From Malacoraja senta (Eukaryota), in contig JAXLNO010000362.1 of assembly GCA_038087875.1 (NCBI GenBank), forward strand, positions 234,635 to 254,634: a stretch of 20,000 nt of DNA, in the 5' to 3' direction. A model generated the notes under the pieces. The model was not told the origin of the DNA, made no database searches, and saw nothing but the letters and a program-made list of their open reading frames with translations. Position numbers and translations under genes: made by a program. This document shows positions 1 through 9,947 of this stretch, one piece after another (position 1 is the first letter of the stretch; the number at the start of each line of letters is the position of its first letter).

Positions 1-860
1 CTGGTGAACCCACGCTGCACTCCCTCAATAGCAAGAATGTCCTTCCTCAAATTAGGTGTCCAAAACTGCACACAATACTCCAGGTATGGTCTCATGAGGG
101 CCCTGTACAACTGCAGAAGGCCCACCTTGCTCCTTTTCTCAAATCCTCTCGCTTTGAAGGCCTACATGCCATTTGCTTTCTTCACTGCTTTCTTTAATCC
201 ACAGCCACCCCTCTGTCTGTCCTGGTATTAACTTCCTCAAAGAACTCCAGCAGATTTGTCAGGCAAGATTTTCCCTTCACAGAACCATGCTGACTTCGGT
301 CCATTTTATCGTGAACTTCTAAGTACTGCGTAACCTCTTCCTTTACAATTGACTCAAAAATCTTACCAACCACTGAAGTCAGGCTAACCGGCCTATAGTT
401 TCTGCTCTTCTGCTTTGATCCCTTCTTGTATAGCGGGATGATATTCGCAAATTTCCAATCTTCATGAACCACTCCTAACTCTAGTGATTCTTGAAATATC
501 ACAACTAATGCCTCCACAATCTCTGAGGCCACCTCATTCAGAACCCTGGGGTGCAGTCCATCCGGTCCAGGTGACTTATCCATCCTCAGACCTTTCAGTT
601 TTCCTAGCACCTTCTCCTTAGTAATCGCCACTCCACTAACTTCCACCCACTGTCTCTCTAGGATTGCATGCACACTAATGGTGTCCTCCACGGTGAAGGC
701 TGATGCAAAACAGTTATTCAATTCCTTTTCCATTTCTTGATTTCTCCTGCATCATTCTCCCGCGGCCCAACGTCCACTCTTGCCTCTTTTTTTACTCTCT
801 ATATATATCCATAGAAACTCTTGGTATCCTCTTTTACATTATTGGCCAGCTTACATTCGT
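1..860 (-). mobile_element. CR1-clade LINE ORF2 fragments (two nested pieces)
   Basis: ORF 194-733 contains KSPGPDGLHPRVL, NYRPVSLTSVVGK and KSCLTNLLEFFEEV, typical of the CR1 RT N-terminus; 1-196 is a more 3' CR1 segment. Confidence 0.93.
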
Positions 861-980
861 ACTGAAGATAGACACAAAAAAGCTGGACTAACTCAGCGGG
901 ACAGGCAGCATCTCTGGAGAGAAGGAATGGGTGACATTTCGGGTCGAGGCCCTTCTTCAAGCCGGCTAGGGATAAGGTAA
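861..980 (-). mobile_element. Penelope-like (PLE) terminal repeat relic with degenerate hammerhead motif
   Basis: Minus strand TTGAAGA-AGGGCCTCGACCC-GAAATGTC, followed by the tail ...ccagagatgctgcctgtcccgctgagtt shared with the other copies; duplicated at about 9813-9932. Confidence 0.7.
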
Positions 981-995
981 ATGATGGATACAGAC

Positions 996-2847
996 GATGA
1001 TGTACACTAGCAAGTTTGCGGATGACACAAAGCTTGGTGGCAGTGTGAACTGTGAAGAGGATGTTAGGAGGTTGCAGGGTGACCTGGACAGGTTGAGTGA
1101 GTGGGCAGATGCATGGCAGATGCAGTATAATATACATATATGTGAGGTTATCCACTTTGGTGGCAAAAACAAGGGGGCAGATTACCAATTACCAAGCACT
1201 TTATTTGTCCCCGAGGGGCAATTTAAACAAACAATACATTTAATCTGCACCGACCGGTCGACCGCATGAGCAGCGACCCGGCAATGGATTGGGTTGTCAG
1301 CAGCGATACAATAAAAAGAACACACAAAAAGTAACACAAACATCCACCACAGCATTCATCACTGTGGTGGAAGGCACAAAAATTTGGCCAGTCCTCCTCC
1401 ATTTCCCCCCCGTGGACAGGACCAGAGTCCAAGTCAGTCCAGGATCGGCTCTTCCTCACCGGAGACCGCGGCTTTAGATTGTTGTGGGCCGCAGGCCGGC
1501 GGTCAAGATTTAAAGTCCCTGCCGCAGCCAGAAGCACCGTAGACTGCAGGGCCGGCGGTCGAAGCTCCCCTCCAGGGGTGATGATAAGTCCATGCCGGCC
1601 CCGCGGTAGAAGTTGGCCGCGGGCCGGCAATGATGGCTTCTTCTTCTTCCCCCGGGTCCCCCAAGAGGGATCCCGGGCTGTAGACGCCGCACCAGCTGGA
1701 GCTCTGCAGACCGTGACTTCAGGCTGCGACTTCAGGCTGCCGGCTGCCCCGGGCCAGCGAAACGGAGCGCTCCCCTCCAGCGAGCCCCAGCGAGGGTTCA
1801 CCCGCTCCACGCCGAGAGTCCACGCTGCGCCCGCCGCTGAAGCCCGGGCACGTCTCCGGGAAAGGCCGCGCCGATCCTTGATGTTAGGCCACGGGGGAGG
1901 CGACCTGGAAAAAGTCGCCTCTCCATGGAGGAGGCGACCGAAGCGGTTCCCCCTTACCCCCCCACACAAGACATACAAAGAAACATTAATTACACATTTT
2001 AAAACATACTAAAAATAAAAAATAAAGTTGAAAAAACTGACGCACTGCTGACATGGCTGCTGCCAAAGCAGCGCCCCCTACAGATTATTATCTCAATGGG
2101 GTTAGGTTAGGTAAGGGGGGGGGGGGGTGCAACGAGACCTGGGCGTCCTTGTACACCGGTCACTGAAAGTTGGCTTACAGGTACAGCAGGCAGTGAAGAA
2201 AGCTAATGGAATGTTGGCCTTCATAACAAGAGGATTTCAGTATAGGAGTAAAGAGGTTCTTCTGCGTAGGGCTCTGGTGAGACCACATCTGGAGTATTGT
2301 GCACAGTTTTGGTCTCCTAATTTGAGGAAGGACATCCTTGTGATTGAGGCAGTGCAGCGTAGGTTCACGAGCTTGATGGGATGGCGGGACTATCATATGA
2401 GGAAAGATTGAAAAGGCTAGGCTTGTATTCACTGGAGTTTAGAAGGATGAGGGGGATCTTATAGAAACATATAAACTTGTAAAAGGACTGGACAAGCTAG
2501 ATGCAGGAAAAATGTTCCCAATCTTGGGCAAGTCCAGAACCAGGGGCCACAGTCTTAGAATAATGGGGAGGTTATTTAAGACTGAGGTGAGAAGAAACTT
2601 TTTCACCCAGAGAGTTGTGAATTTATGGAATTCCCTGCCACAGAGGGCAGTGGAGGCCAAGTCACTGGATGGATCTAAGAGAGAGTTAGATAGAGCTCTA
2701 GGGGCTAGTGGAGTCAAGGGATATGGGGAGAAGGCAGGCACGGGTTATTGATAGTGGACGATCAGCCATGATCACAATGAATGGCGGTACTGGCTCGAAG
2801 GGCCGAATGGCCTCCTGCACCTATTTTCTATGTTTCTATGTTTCTAT
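996..2847 (+). mobile_element. 5'-truncated CR1 LINE, interrupted by the insert at 1185-2080
   Basis: SKFADDTKLGG (RT catalytic motif), RPHLEYC, FFTQRVVNLWNSLP, then the 3' UTR and a (TTTCTATG)n tail at about 2821-2847. Confidence 0.95.
1185..2080 (-). mobile_element. 896-bp non-autonomous, GC-rich retroelement with Rex1-like 3' tail
   Basis: Absent from copy B (empty site cagattattatctc at 10130). Flanked by TSD CAGATTA (1178-1184, 2081-2087). The minus-strand end is aattgcccctcggggacAAATAAAgtgc followed by (TTGGTAA)2. Confidence 0.85.
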
Positions 2848-2894
2848 CTAGAGAGATAAAGAACACTAAATGTAAGATCAGAGAGCAGGAACTT

Positions 2895-3405
2895 GATCAT
2901 TGGCCAGATGAGCTGATGAATGGTTAATTGAACTTAAATCAGACAAATGTGAGATGTTGCATTTTGGGACGTCTAACAAGAGCAGCACCAACACAGTAAA
3001 TGGTCGGCCTCTGGGGAGTGTTGTAGAGCAGAGGGATCAAGGAGTGCAGGTGCAAGGTTCCTTGAAGGTCAAGTCGCAGGTAGATCGGGTGGTCAAAAAG
3101 GCTTTTGGCACACTGGCCTTCACCAGTCAGAGTATTGAGTATAGAAGTTGGGTGATCATGTTGCAGTTGTATAAGATGTTGGTGAGACCACATTTAGAAT
3201 ATTGTGTTCGGTTCTGGGCACCATGTTACAGGAAAGATATTATCAAGCTTGAAAGGGTTCAGAGAAGATTTCTGAGAATGTTGCCAGGACTAGAGGGCCT
3301 GAGCTACAGGGAGAGGTTGAGCAGGCTGGGTCTCTATTCCTTGGAGCACAGGTGGATAAGGGGTGATCTTATAGAGGTGAAAAGATCATGAGGGGAATAG
3401 ATTGA
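2895..3405 (+). mobile_element. CR1 (HER1-type) LINE ORF2 C-terminal fragment
   Basis: ORF 2954-3391 contains LVRPHLEYCVRFWAP and LERVQRRFLRMLPGL; duplicated at about 10935-11442. Confidence 0.92.
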
Positions 3406-3432
3406 CACGTTTAAACCTTTGTTTGTCTTTAG

Positions 3433-3714
3433 ATGCTCCACAAAATCTCTCAATCACTTCCCACGACGATGCGAACAGTTCCCGGGTCATTGTAAAGGAA
3501 GGAAACTTTGCAGCGATCCTCTGCTCCGTCCAGAGTTTCCCAGCATCTAACCTGACGTGGGGACATCTCGGTGTCACGCTGAACACAACATTTTCCAGCA
3601 ACGAGCTGTGGATGCAGTTCCCTCAGCTGACACGGCAGAACGCTGGGGTCTATCAGTGTGTGGCGGAGAATGAACACGGGACAGCAGAGAGGGATGTGAC
3701 CCTCACTGTAGAAT
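3433..3714 (+). CDS. Internal Ig (C2/I-set) exon, copy 1, of a Siglec/MAG/CD22-like receptor
   Basis: Acceptor cctttgtttgtctttAG at 3431-3432 and donor GTGAGT at 3715; 282 nt, phase 1-1. Translation (Y)APQNLSI...AILCSVQSFPASNLTW...NAGVYQCVAENEHGTAERDVTLTVE has the Ig B-strand Cys, C-strand Trp and GxYxC motif. Confidence 0.93.
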
Positions 3715-3789
3715 GTGAGTAGACACACACTGTCATGTCTATGTAAAGGCAGATGGTTTATTGGCCCATGAGAGTTGCTGGAATTCACT

Positions 3790-3919
3790 ACACACCCACT
3801 CACACTCTTTCACACACACACATGAACATCATCTCTCACACACACACTCTGTCGCTCACACACTCACACTCACTCAAACACACACACACATTCTCTCACA
3901 AACAATCGCCACACACGCA

Positions 3920-3971
<52 letters not shown>

Positions 3972-4017
3972 ATCTCACACACACACGCACTCACTCACTC
4001 AAACACACACACACACA
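3790..4017. repeat. Compound (CA)n/(CT)n microsatellite
   Basis: Degenerate CA/CACT tract surrounding a pure (CT)n run at about 3922-3960. Confidence 0.97.
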
Positions 4018-4024
4018 TCCTCAA

Positions 4025-4160
4025 GATCTTGGAGAAAACCCACGCAGGTCACGGGGAGAACGTGCAAACTCCGTACAGAAAGGCACCGGTGGTCAGGATT
4101 GAACCCGGGTCTCTGGCGCTGTGAGGCAGGAGCTCTACCCACTGCGCCACCATGCCGCCC
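4025..4160 (-). mobile_element. tRNA-derived V-SINE (HE1-like), 3'-truncated
   Basis: Minus strand has A-box TGGCGCAGTGG, B-box GGTTCAATCC, then gtttgcacgttctccccgtgacctgcgtgggttttctcc (V-domain). Confidence 0.88.
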
Positions 4161-4340
4161 ACATCTACAGTCTTTTGTGTTCCCCACCTGTATGTAGCCT
4201 GTCTCACCTCTGCCTGACATTGTTGGATTATATTGTCTTTCCACCCAGAAACCTTCAATGCCCCCCTCTATGTATCGTCACTCCTCATGTTGCTTAAACA
4301 CAAAGTAGTGGAGCAACTCAGTGGGTCAGGCAGCATCTTT

Positions 4341-5015
4341 AGTCATATAGAGTCTTACAGCATGGTAACAGGCCCTTTGGCCCAACTTGCCCACACCGGC
4401 CAACGAGCCCCATCTACACTAGTCCCACCTGCCCTAATTCGGACCATATCCCTCCAAACAAGTCCTATCCATGTTACCTGTCCAAATGTTTTTTAAACGT
4501 TGCAATGGTCCCAGCCTCAACTACCTCCTCCGGCAGCTCATTCCTCATAAAAGGACTGGACAAGCTAGATGCAGGAAAGAAAATTCCAATGTTGGGCGAG
4601 TCCAGAACCACGGGCCACAGTCTTAGAATAAAGTGGAGGACATTTAAGACTGATATGAGAATAAACTTTTTCACTCAGAGTTGTGAATTTATGGAATTCC
4701 CTGCCACAGGGAGCAGTGGAGGCGAAATCACTGGATGGATTTAAGAGACAGTTTGATGAAGCTCTAGGGGCTAGTGGAATCAAGGGATATGGGGAGAAGG
4801 CAGGCAGGGTTATTGATTGGGGACGATCAGCCATGATCACAATGAATGGCGGTGCTGGCTCAAAGGGCCGAATGGCCTCCTCCTGCATCTATTTTCTATG
4901 TTCCATACACTCACCACCCTCTGCATGAAAACAGTTACCCCTCAGGATCCATTAAATCTTCTCCCCCTCATCTTAAACCTAAGTATAGAATCCTAGCGTG
5001 CTCAACCTCTCCCTG
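4341..5015. mobile_element. Minus-strand CR1 3' end interrupted by a plus-strand CR1 3' end (about 4546-4900)
   Basis: ...cggcagctcattc resumes as ttccatacactcaccaccc after the inserted GLDKLDAG...NLWNSLP and 3' UTR piece. Confidence 0.85.
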
Positions 5016-5016
5016 T

Positions 5017-5112
5017 AGTCTGAAGAAGGGTCTCGACCCGAAACGACACCCATTCCTGATCTCCAGAGATGCTGCCTGTCCCGCTGAGTTATTCCAGCTT
5101 TTTGTGTCTACA
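5017..5112 (+). mobile_element. PLE terminal repeat relic with minimal hammerhead motif
   Basis: CTGAAGA (5020-5026), A, stem GGGTC-tc-GACCC, GAAAC, then GAC in place of GTC; shared tail follows. Confidence 0.75.
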
Positions 5113-5415
5113 CGATAACAATAGTGTCATCCACTGTGTACACATACAAGATAAGGGAATAACGTTTAGTGCAAGAAAAAGCCAGTAAAGTCCAATCAAA
5201 GATTAATCCGGGACTGCTCTGTGGTTGTGGTAGGATGGTTCAGTTGCCTGATAACAGCTGGGAAGAAACTGTCCCTGAATCTGGAGGTATGTCTTTTCAC
5301 ACTTCTGTACCTCTTGACCGATGGGAGAGGGGAGAAGAGGGAGTTGCTGGGGAGCGACTCATCCTTGATTATGGTGCTGGCCTTGCCAAAGCAGCGTGAG
5401 GTGTAGATAGAGTCA
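5113..5415 (-). mobile_element. Rex1/Babar-like LINE 3' fragment
   Basis: Minus-strand peptide LFSPLPSVKRYRSVKRHTSRFRDSFFPAVIRQLN resembles the Rex1/Babar RT C-terminus; homologous to 19478-19775. Confidence 0.75.
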
Positions 5416-5417
5416 AC

Positions 5418-5808
5418 CGGCCAACATGCCCCATCTACACTAGTCCCACATGCCTCCATTTGGCCCTTGTCCCTCCAAACCTGTGCTATCCATGTACCTG
5501 TACAACTGTTTCTTAAACATTGGGATAGTCCCAGCCACAACTACCTCCTCTGGCAGCTCGTTCCATACACCCACCACCTTTATGTAGATAAGTTACCCCT
5601 CACATTCCATTAAATCGTCTCCCCTCTCATCTTAAATCTATGTCCTCTGGTCCTCGATTCCCCTACTCTGGGCAAGAGACTCTGTGCGTCTACCTGATCA
5701 ATTCCTCCAAATGATTTTGCACACCTCTATAAGATCACTCCTCATCCTCCTGCACCACAAGGAGTCCCAGCCTGCCCCAACCTCCCTGTAGCTCAGGCCT
5801 TGAATCCT
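5418..5808 (-). mobile_element. CR1 (HER1-type) 3' fragment
   Basis: Same antisense 3' UTR/ORF2 end as 4341-4540, 6484-6780, 11900-12420 and 18850-19223. Confidence 0.85.
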
Positions 5809-5809
5809 G

Positions 5810-6037
5810 GAGGACAAGGGCAGGTGACATTTCAGGTGAGTTACGTCTTTTATTTACTGTTGTCCTCTTGAGTTTCATTGCCTGTATACATCGTTATCAC
5901 CTACCCCAGAGCCAACAACGGACCATTGTGGGCTCGATGTTTTACCTGATCATCGTTGCTTTTGCATATCTTTCATTTATTTGTGCCATTTATATCTCGT
6001 TTCCAACTCCCCGACTCTCAGTCCGAAGAAGGGCCTG
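5810..6037. mobile_element. Rearranged PLE-derived relic with split hammerhead halves
   Basis: Minus-strand GAAATGTCacctg half at about 5821-5835 and plus-strand cagtCCGAAGAagggc half at about 6019-6034. Confidence 0.5.
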
Positions 6038-6057
6038 TCAGATTTTCACTTACTGTA

Positions 6058-6780
6058 ACTGCAGGAAAAATGTTCCTGATGATCGGGGTGTCCAGAACCA
6101 GGGGTCATAGTTTAAGAATAAGGGGTAGGCCATCTAGGACAGAGATGAGGACAAACTTTCTTCACCCAGAGAGTTGTGAATCTATGGAATTCTCTGCCAC
6201 AGAAGGCAGTTGAGGCCAATTCACTGGATGTTTTCAAGTGAGAGTTACATTAAGCTCTTGGGGCTAGTGAAATCATGGGATATGGGGAAAAAACAGGAAA
6301 GGGGTACTGATTTTAGATGAACAGCCATGATCATATTGAATGGCACTGCTGGCTCGAAGGGCCAAATGGCCTATTCCTGCACCTATTTTCTATGTTTCTA
6401 TGTAACTTGGTCATGCTTGAATATATGGCAATAAAACTCGACCACTTGATATTAAAGCATTCATGCATGGTGGAGGTATACTGTAGTCATAGAGTGATAC
6501 AGTGTGAAAATAGGTCCTTCGGCCCAACTTGCCCACACCCGCCAACATGTCCCATCCACACTACCTGCTTTTGTTCCATATCCCTCCAAACCTGTCCTAT
6601 CCATGTATCAGTCTAACTATTTCTTCAATGTTGGGATAGTCCCTGCCTCAACTACCTCCTCTGGCAGCTTGTTCCGTACACCCACCACCCTTTGTGTGGA
6701 AAATGTTACCCCTCAGAAATCTTATCCCTTTCACCTTAATTCTGTCCTCTGGTCCTCGATTCACCTACTCTGGGCAAGAG
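6058..6780. mobile_element. Two CR1 3' ends: plus (about 6058-6402) and minus (about 6484-6780)
   Basis: AGKMF...SRTRGHSLRIRGRP with a ctattttctatgtttctatg tail, followed by an antisense HER1-type tail. Confidence 0.85.
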
Positions 6781-7120
6781 AGTGAATTGAAATGTATATT
6801 TCTAATGCATTTAAGATTTATCAAAACTCTTTATTTAAAAAAAAAAGTTATGGTTCCACAAACATATACCCCATTTATTATTGTCATGGTTTGATGATTC
6901 TAAATTCAAATCAAAATGATATATACGTCAAAAGGACAACGCATACTTTCAAAATACTCTGAATTTTTCCCTGAGCAAAACATAATTTTTAAGACTTTGC
7001 AAAATAGGAAATGTTATGATTATTTCTTGTCCCTTTTTCCAACTACAAACAAAAAAAATAGCACTTGTAATTAGAACATATTTAAAAGTATTTCTGTCAA
7101 ATTTCCTGTACCGTGTAAGG

Positions 7121-7513
7121 CACTGGCGTCGATCCAGGGATGGGGGGGGGGGAGGGGGATGCGGGATATATGCCCCCACTTTTTGAGGTGGGGGTGGCCT
7201 GTATTATTATCGGCCAGTTTTTGGAGGTCGAGCAATAACAAAAATAGTAATCACCTGCTCCTATCTCTGATGTGGGCCCTATAATATCTTAAAAATACTT
7301 CAAACAAAAAACATTGAAATCATACTTCTACAATGCACTAAAACATGATTTTAATGCATCAAATTTCAAAAAGTCCCCACCGTGGGAGAGGGGACACCCC
7401 CCTCTCACACCCTCCTCCCATTAAGTCGCTCCATTCCCTCGCCGGGTACCCCCAAGGCCAGTGATCAGTGATCGTTCAGCCCCCCCACTTTCAAAAACGC
7501 TCCGCGGCCCCTG
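7121..7513. mobile_element. Possible non-autonomous DNA transposon (hAT-like MITE) remnant
   Basis: Ends CACTGGCGTCG... and (reverse complement) CAGGGGCCGCGG...; internal CCCCCACTTT motifs at about 7173 and 7482; AT-rich core; abruptly truncates a CR1. TIRs imperfect, no TSD found. Confidence 0.4.
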
Positions 7514-9810
7514 ATTAACTACCTGCTGACTAAAGACGTTCTTCCTCACCTCCTTTCTAAAAGAGTGCCCTTTAATTCTGAGGCTATGACCACTGGTCCT
7601 AGACTCTCCCACCAGTGGAGACATCCTCTCCACATCCACTCTATCTATGCCTTTCATTATTCTGTAAGTTTCAATGAGGTCCCCACCTCAACCTTCTGAT
7701 CTCCAGTGAGTAGAGGCCTGGTGCTGTCAAGCGCTCATCATATGTTAACACACTCATTCCAGGAATCATTCTTGTCAACCTCCAATGGACCCTCTCGAGG
7801 GCCAGCACATCTTCCTCAGATATGGAGCCCAAATCTGCTCACAGCATACCAAATATGGCCTGACCAGCACCTTATAGAGCCTCAGCAGTACATCCCTGTT
7901 TTTTGTATTCCAGACCTCTTGATATAAATGCTAGCATTGACTTTGCATTCCTTACTACCGATTCGGTTTGCAAATTAACTTTTTGCTCGTCCTGCACCAG
8001 CACTCCCAAGTCCCTTTGCATCTCTGATTTCTGGATTCTCTCTCCATTTAGAAAATACTCTACACCTTTACTCTTATTACCAAAATGCATGACTTCACAC
8101 TCTGCAATACTGAATTTCATCTTCTACTTCTCTGCCCACTCTACTAACCTGCCCAAGCCCTTCTGTAGAGTCCTTGCTTTCTCTACGCTACCTACCTTAG
8201 TATCATCTGCAAACTTGGCCACAAAGCCTTCAATCCCCTTATCCAAATCATTAATATACAACATTAGGAGAGGAGGCCCCAGCACCGACCCTTGCGGTCT
8301 CCACTGGTCACTGGCAGCCAACATGATATAGCTCCTTTAATTGCAACTCTTTGACTACTGCCATTGAGCCAATCCGCTATCCATGCTAGTATCTTCCCTT
8401 TAATACCAGGGGTTCTCATCTTCCCCAGCAGCCTCACGTACGGCACCTTATTGAAGACTTTCAGAAAATCTAGGTAAAGAAACATAGAAAATAGATGCAG
8501 GAGTAGGCCATTCGTCCCTTCCAAGCAGCACCGCCATTGAAAATGATCACGGCTGATCATCCAAAATCAGTAGCCCATTCCTGCTTTCTTCCCATATCCC
8601 TTGATTCTGTTCGCCCTAAGAGCTAATTCTAACTCTCTCTTGAAAATATCCAGTGAATTGGCCTCCACTGCCTTCTGTGGCAGAGATTTCCACAAATTCA
8701 CAACTCTCTGGGTGAAAAGGATTTTCCTCAACTCAGTCCTAAATGGCCTACCCCTTATTCTTAAACTGTGGCCCCTGGTTCTGGACGTCCGCAACATCGG
8801 GAACATTTTTCCTGCATCCAGGCTGTCCAATCCCTTCAGAAGTGTTCTATGTTTCTTTAAGATCCCCTCTCATCCTTCTAAAGTTCAGTGAATACAAGCC
8901 CAGTCAAACCATTATTTCCTTATATGTCAGTCCTGCCATCCCAGGAATTAACCTGGTGAACCCACGCTGCACTCCCTCAATAGCAAGAATGTCCTTCCTC
9001 AAATTAGGTGTCCAAAACTGCACACAATACTCCAGGTGTGGTCTCATGAGGGCCCTGTACAACTGCAGAAGGCCCACCTTGCTCCTTTTCTCAAATCCTC
9101 TCGCATTGAAGGCCTACATGCCATTTGCTTTCTTCACTGCTTTCTTTAATCCACAGCCACCCCTCTGTCTGTCCTGGTATTAACTTCCTCAAAGAAATCC
9201 AGCAGATTTGTCAGGCAAGATTTTCCCTTCACAGAACCATGCTGACTTCGGTCCATTTTATCGTGAACTTCTAAGTACTGCGTAACCTCTTCCTTTACAA
9301 TTGACTCTAAAATCTTACCAACCACTGAAGTCAGGCTAACCGGCCTATAGTTTCTGCTCTTCTGCTTTGATCCCTTCTTGTATAGCGGGATGATATTCGC
9401 AAATTTCCAATCTTCATGAACCACTCCTAACTCTAGTGATTCTTGAAATATCACAACTAATGCCTCCACAATCTCTGAGGCCACCTCATTCAGAACCCCG
9501 GGGTGCAGTCCATCCGGTCCAGGTGACTTATCCATCCTCAGACCTTTCAGTTTTCCTAGCACCTTCTCCTTAGTAATCGCCACTCCACTAACTTCCACCC
9601 ACTGTCTCTCTAGGATTGCATGCACACTAATGGCGTCCTCCACGGTGAAGGCTGATGCAAAACAGTTATTCAATTCCTTTTCCATTTCTTGATTTCTCCT
9701 GCATCATTCTCCAGCGGCCCAACGTCCACTCTTGCCTCTTTTTTTACTCTCTATATATATCCATAGAAACTCTTGGTATCCTCTTTTACATTATTGGCCA
9801 GCTTACATTC
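7514..9810 (-). mobile_element. Long decayed CR1 ORF2 with a second CR1 3' fragment (about 8477-9148) nested inside
   Basis: PQGSVLGP and AKFADDTK (8124-8324), YLDFLKVFNKVP (about 8475), ...DRGVAVD (9146-9685). The inner element has its own tail at about 8480. Confidence 0.92.
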
Positions 9811-9947
9811 GTACTGAAGATAGACACAAAAAAGCTGGACTAACTCAGCGGGACAGGCAGCATCTCTGGAGAGAAGGAATGGGTGACATTTCGGGTCGAG
9901 GCCCTTCTTCAAGCCGGTTAGGGATAAGGTAAACGATGGATACAGAC

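Larger units (their letters stand above)
1..3731. repeat. Segmental duplication, copy A (left end lies outside the window)
   Basis: Position 1 aligns to 8953 (offset 8952; ORFs 194-733 vs 9146-9685). Similarity ends 17 nt after the exon, at gtgagtagacacacact. Confidence 0.97.

Noticed and set aside
1870..1945. HDV-like ribozyme (minus strand GCC-TCCCCCGT-GGC resembles P3/L3)
   Set aside because: No convincing P1, P1.1 GG or P2 partners could be found by eye.
1223..2012. Long ORFs (251 aa minus, 177 aa plus) in the GC-rich insert
   Set aside because: Arg/Pro/Ala/Gly-rich with no recognisable domain, and open on both strands as expected from high GC content.
3753..4124. His/Thr/Leu/Ser-rich ORFs (similar Glu/Arg- or Leu/Ser-rich ORFs at 19277-19552)
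   Set aside because: Translations of CA/CT/GA microsatellites.
4085..4160. tRNA gene (also at about 12567-12640)
   Set aside because: A/B boxes continue into the V-SINE body, so these are SINE heads.
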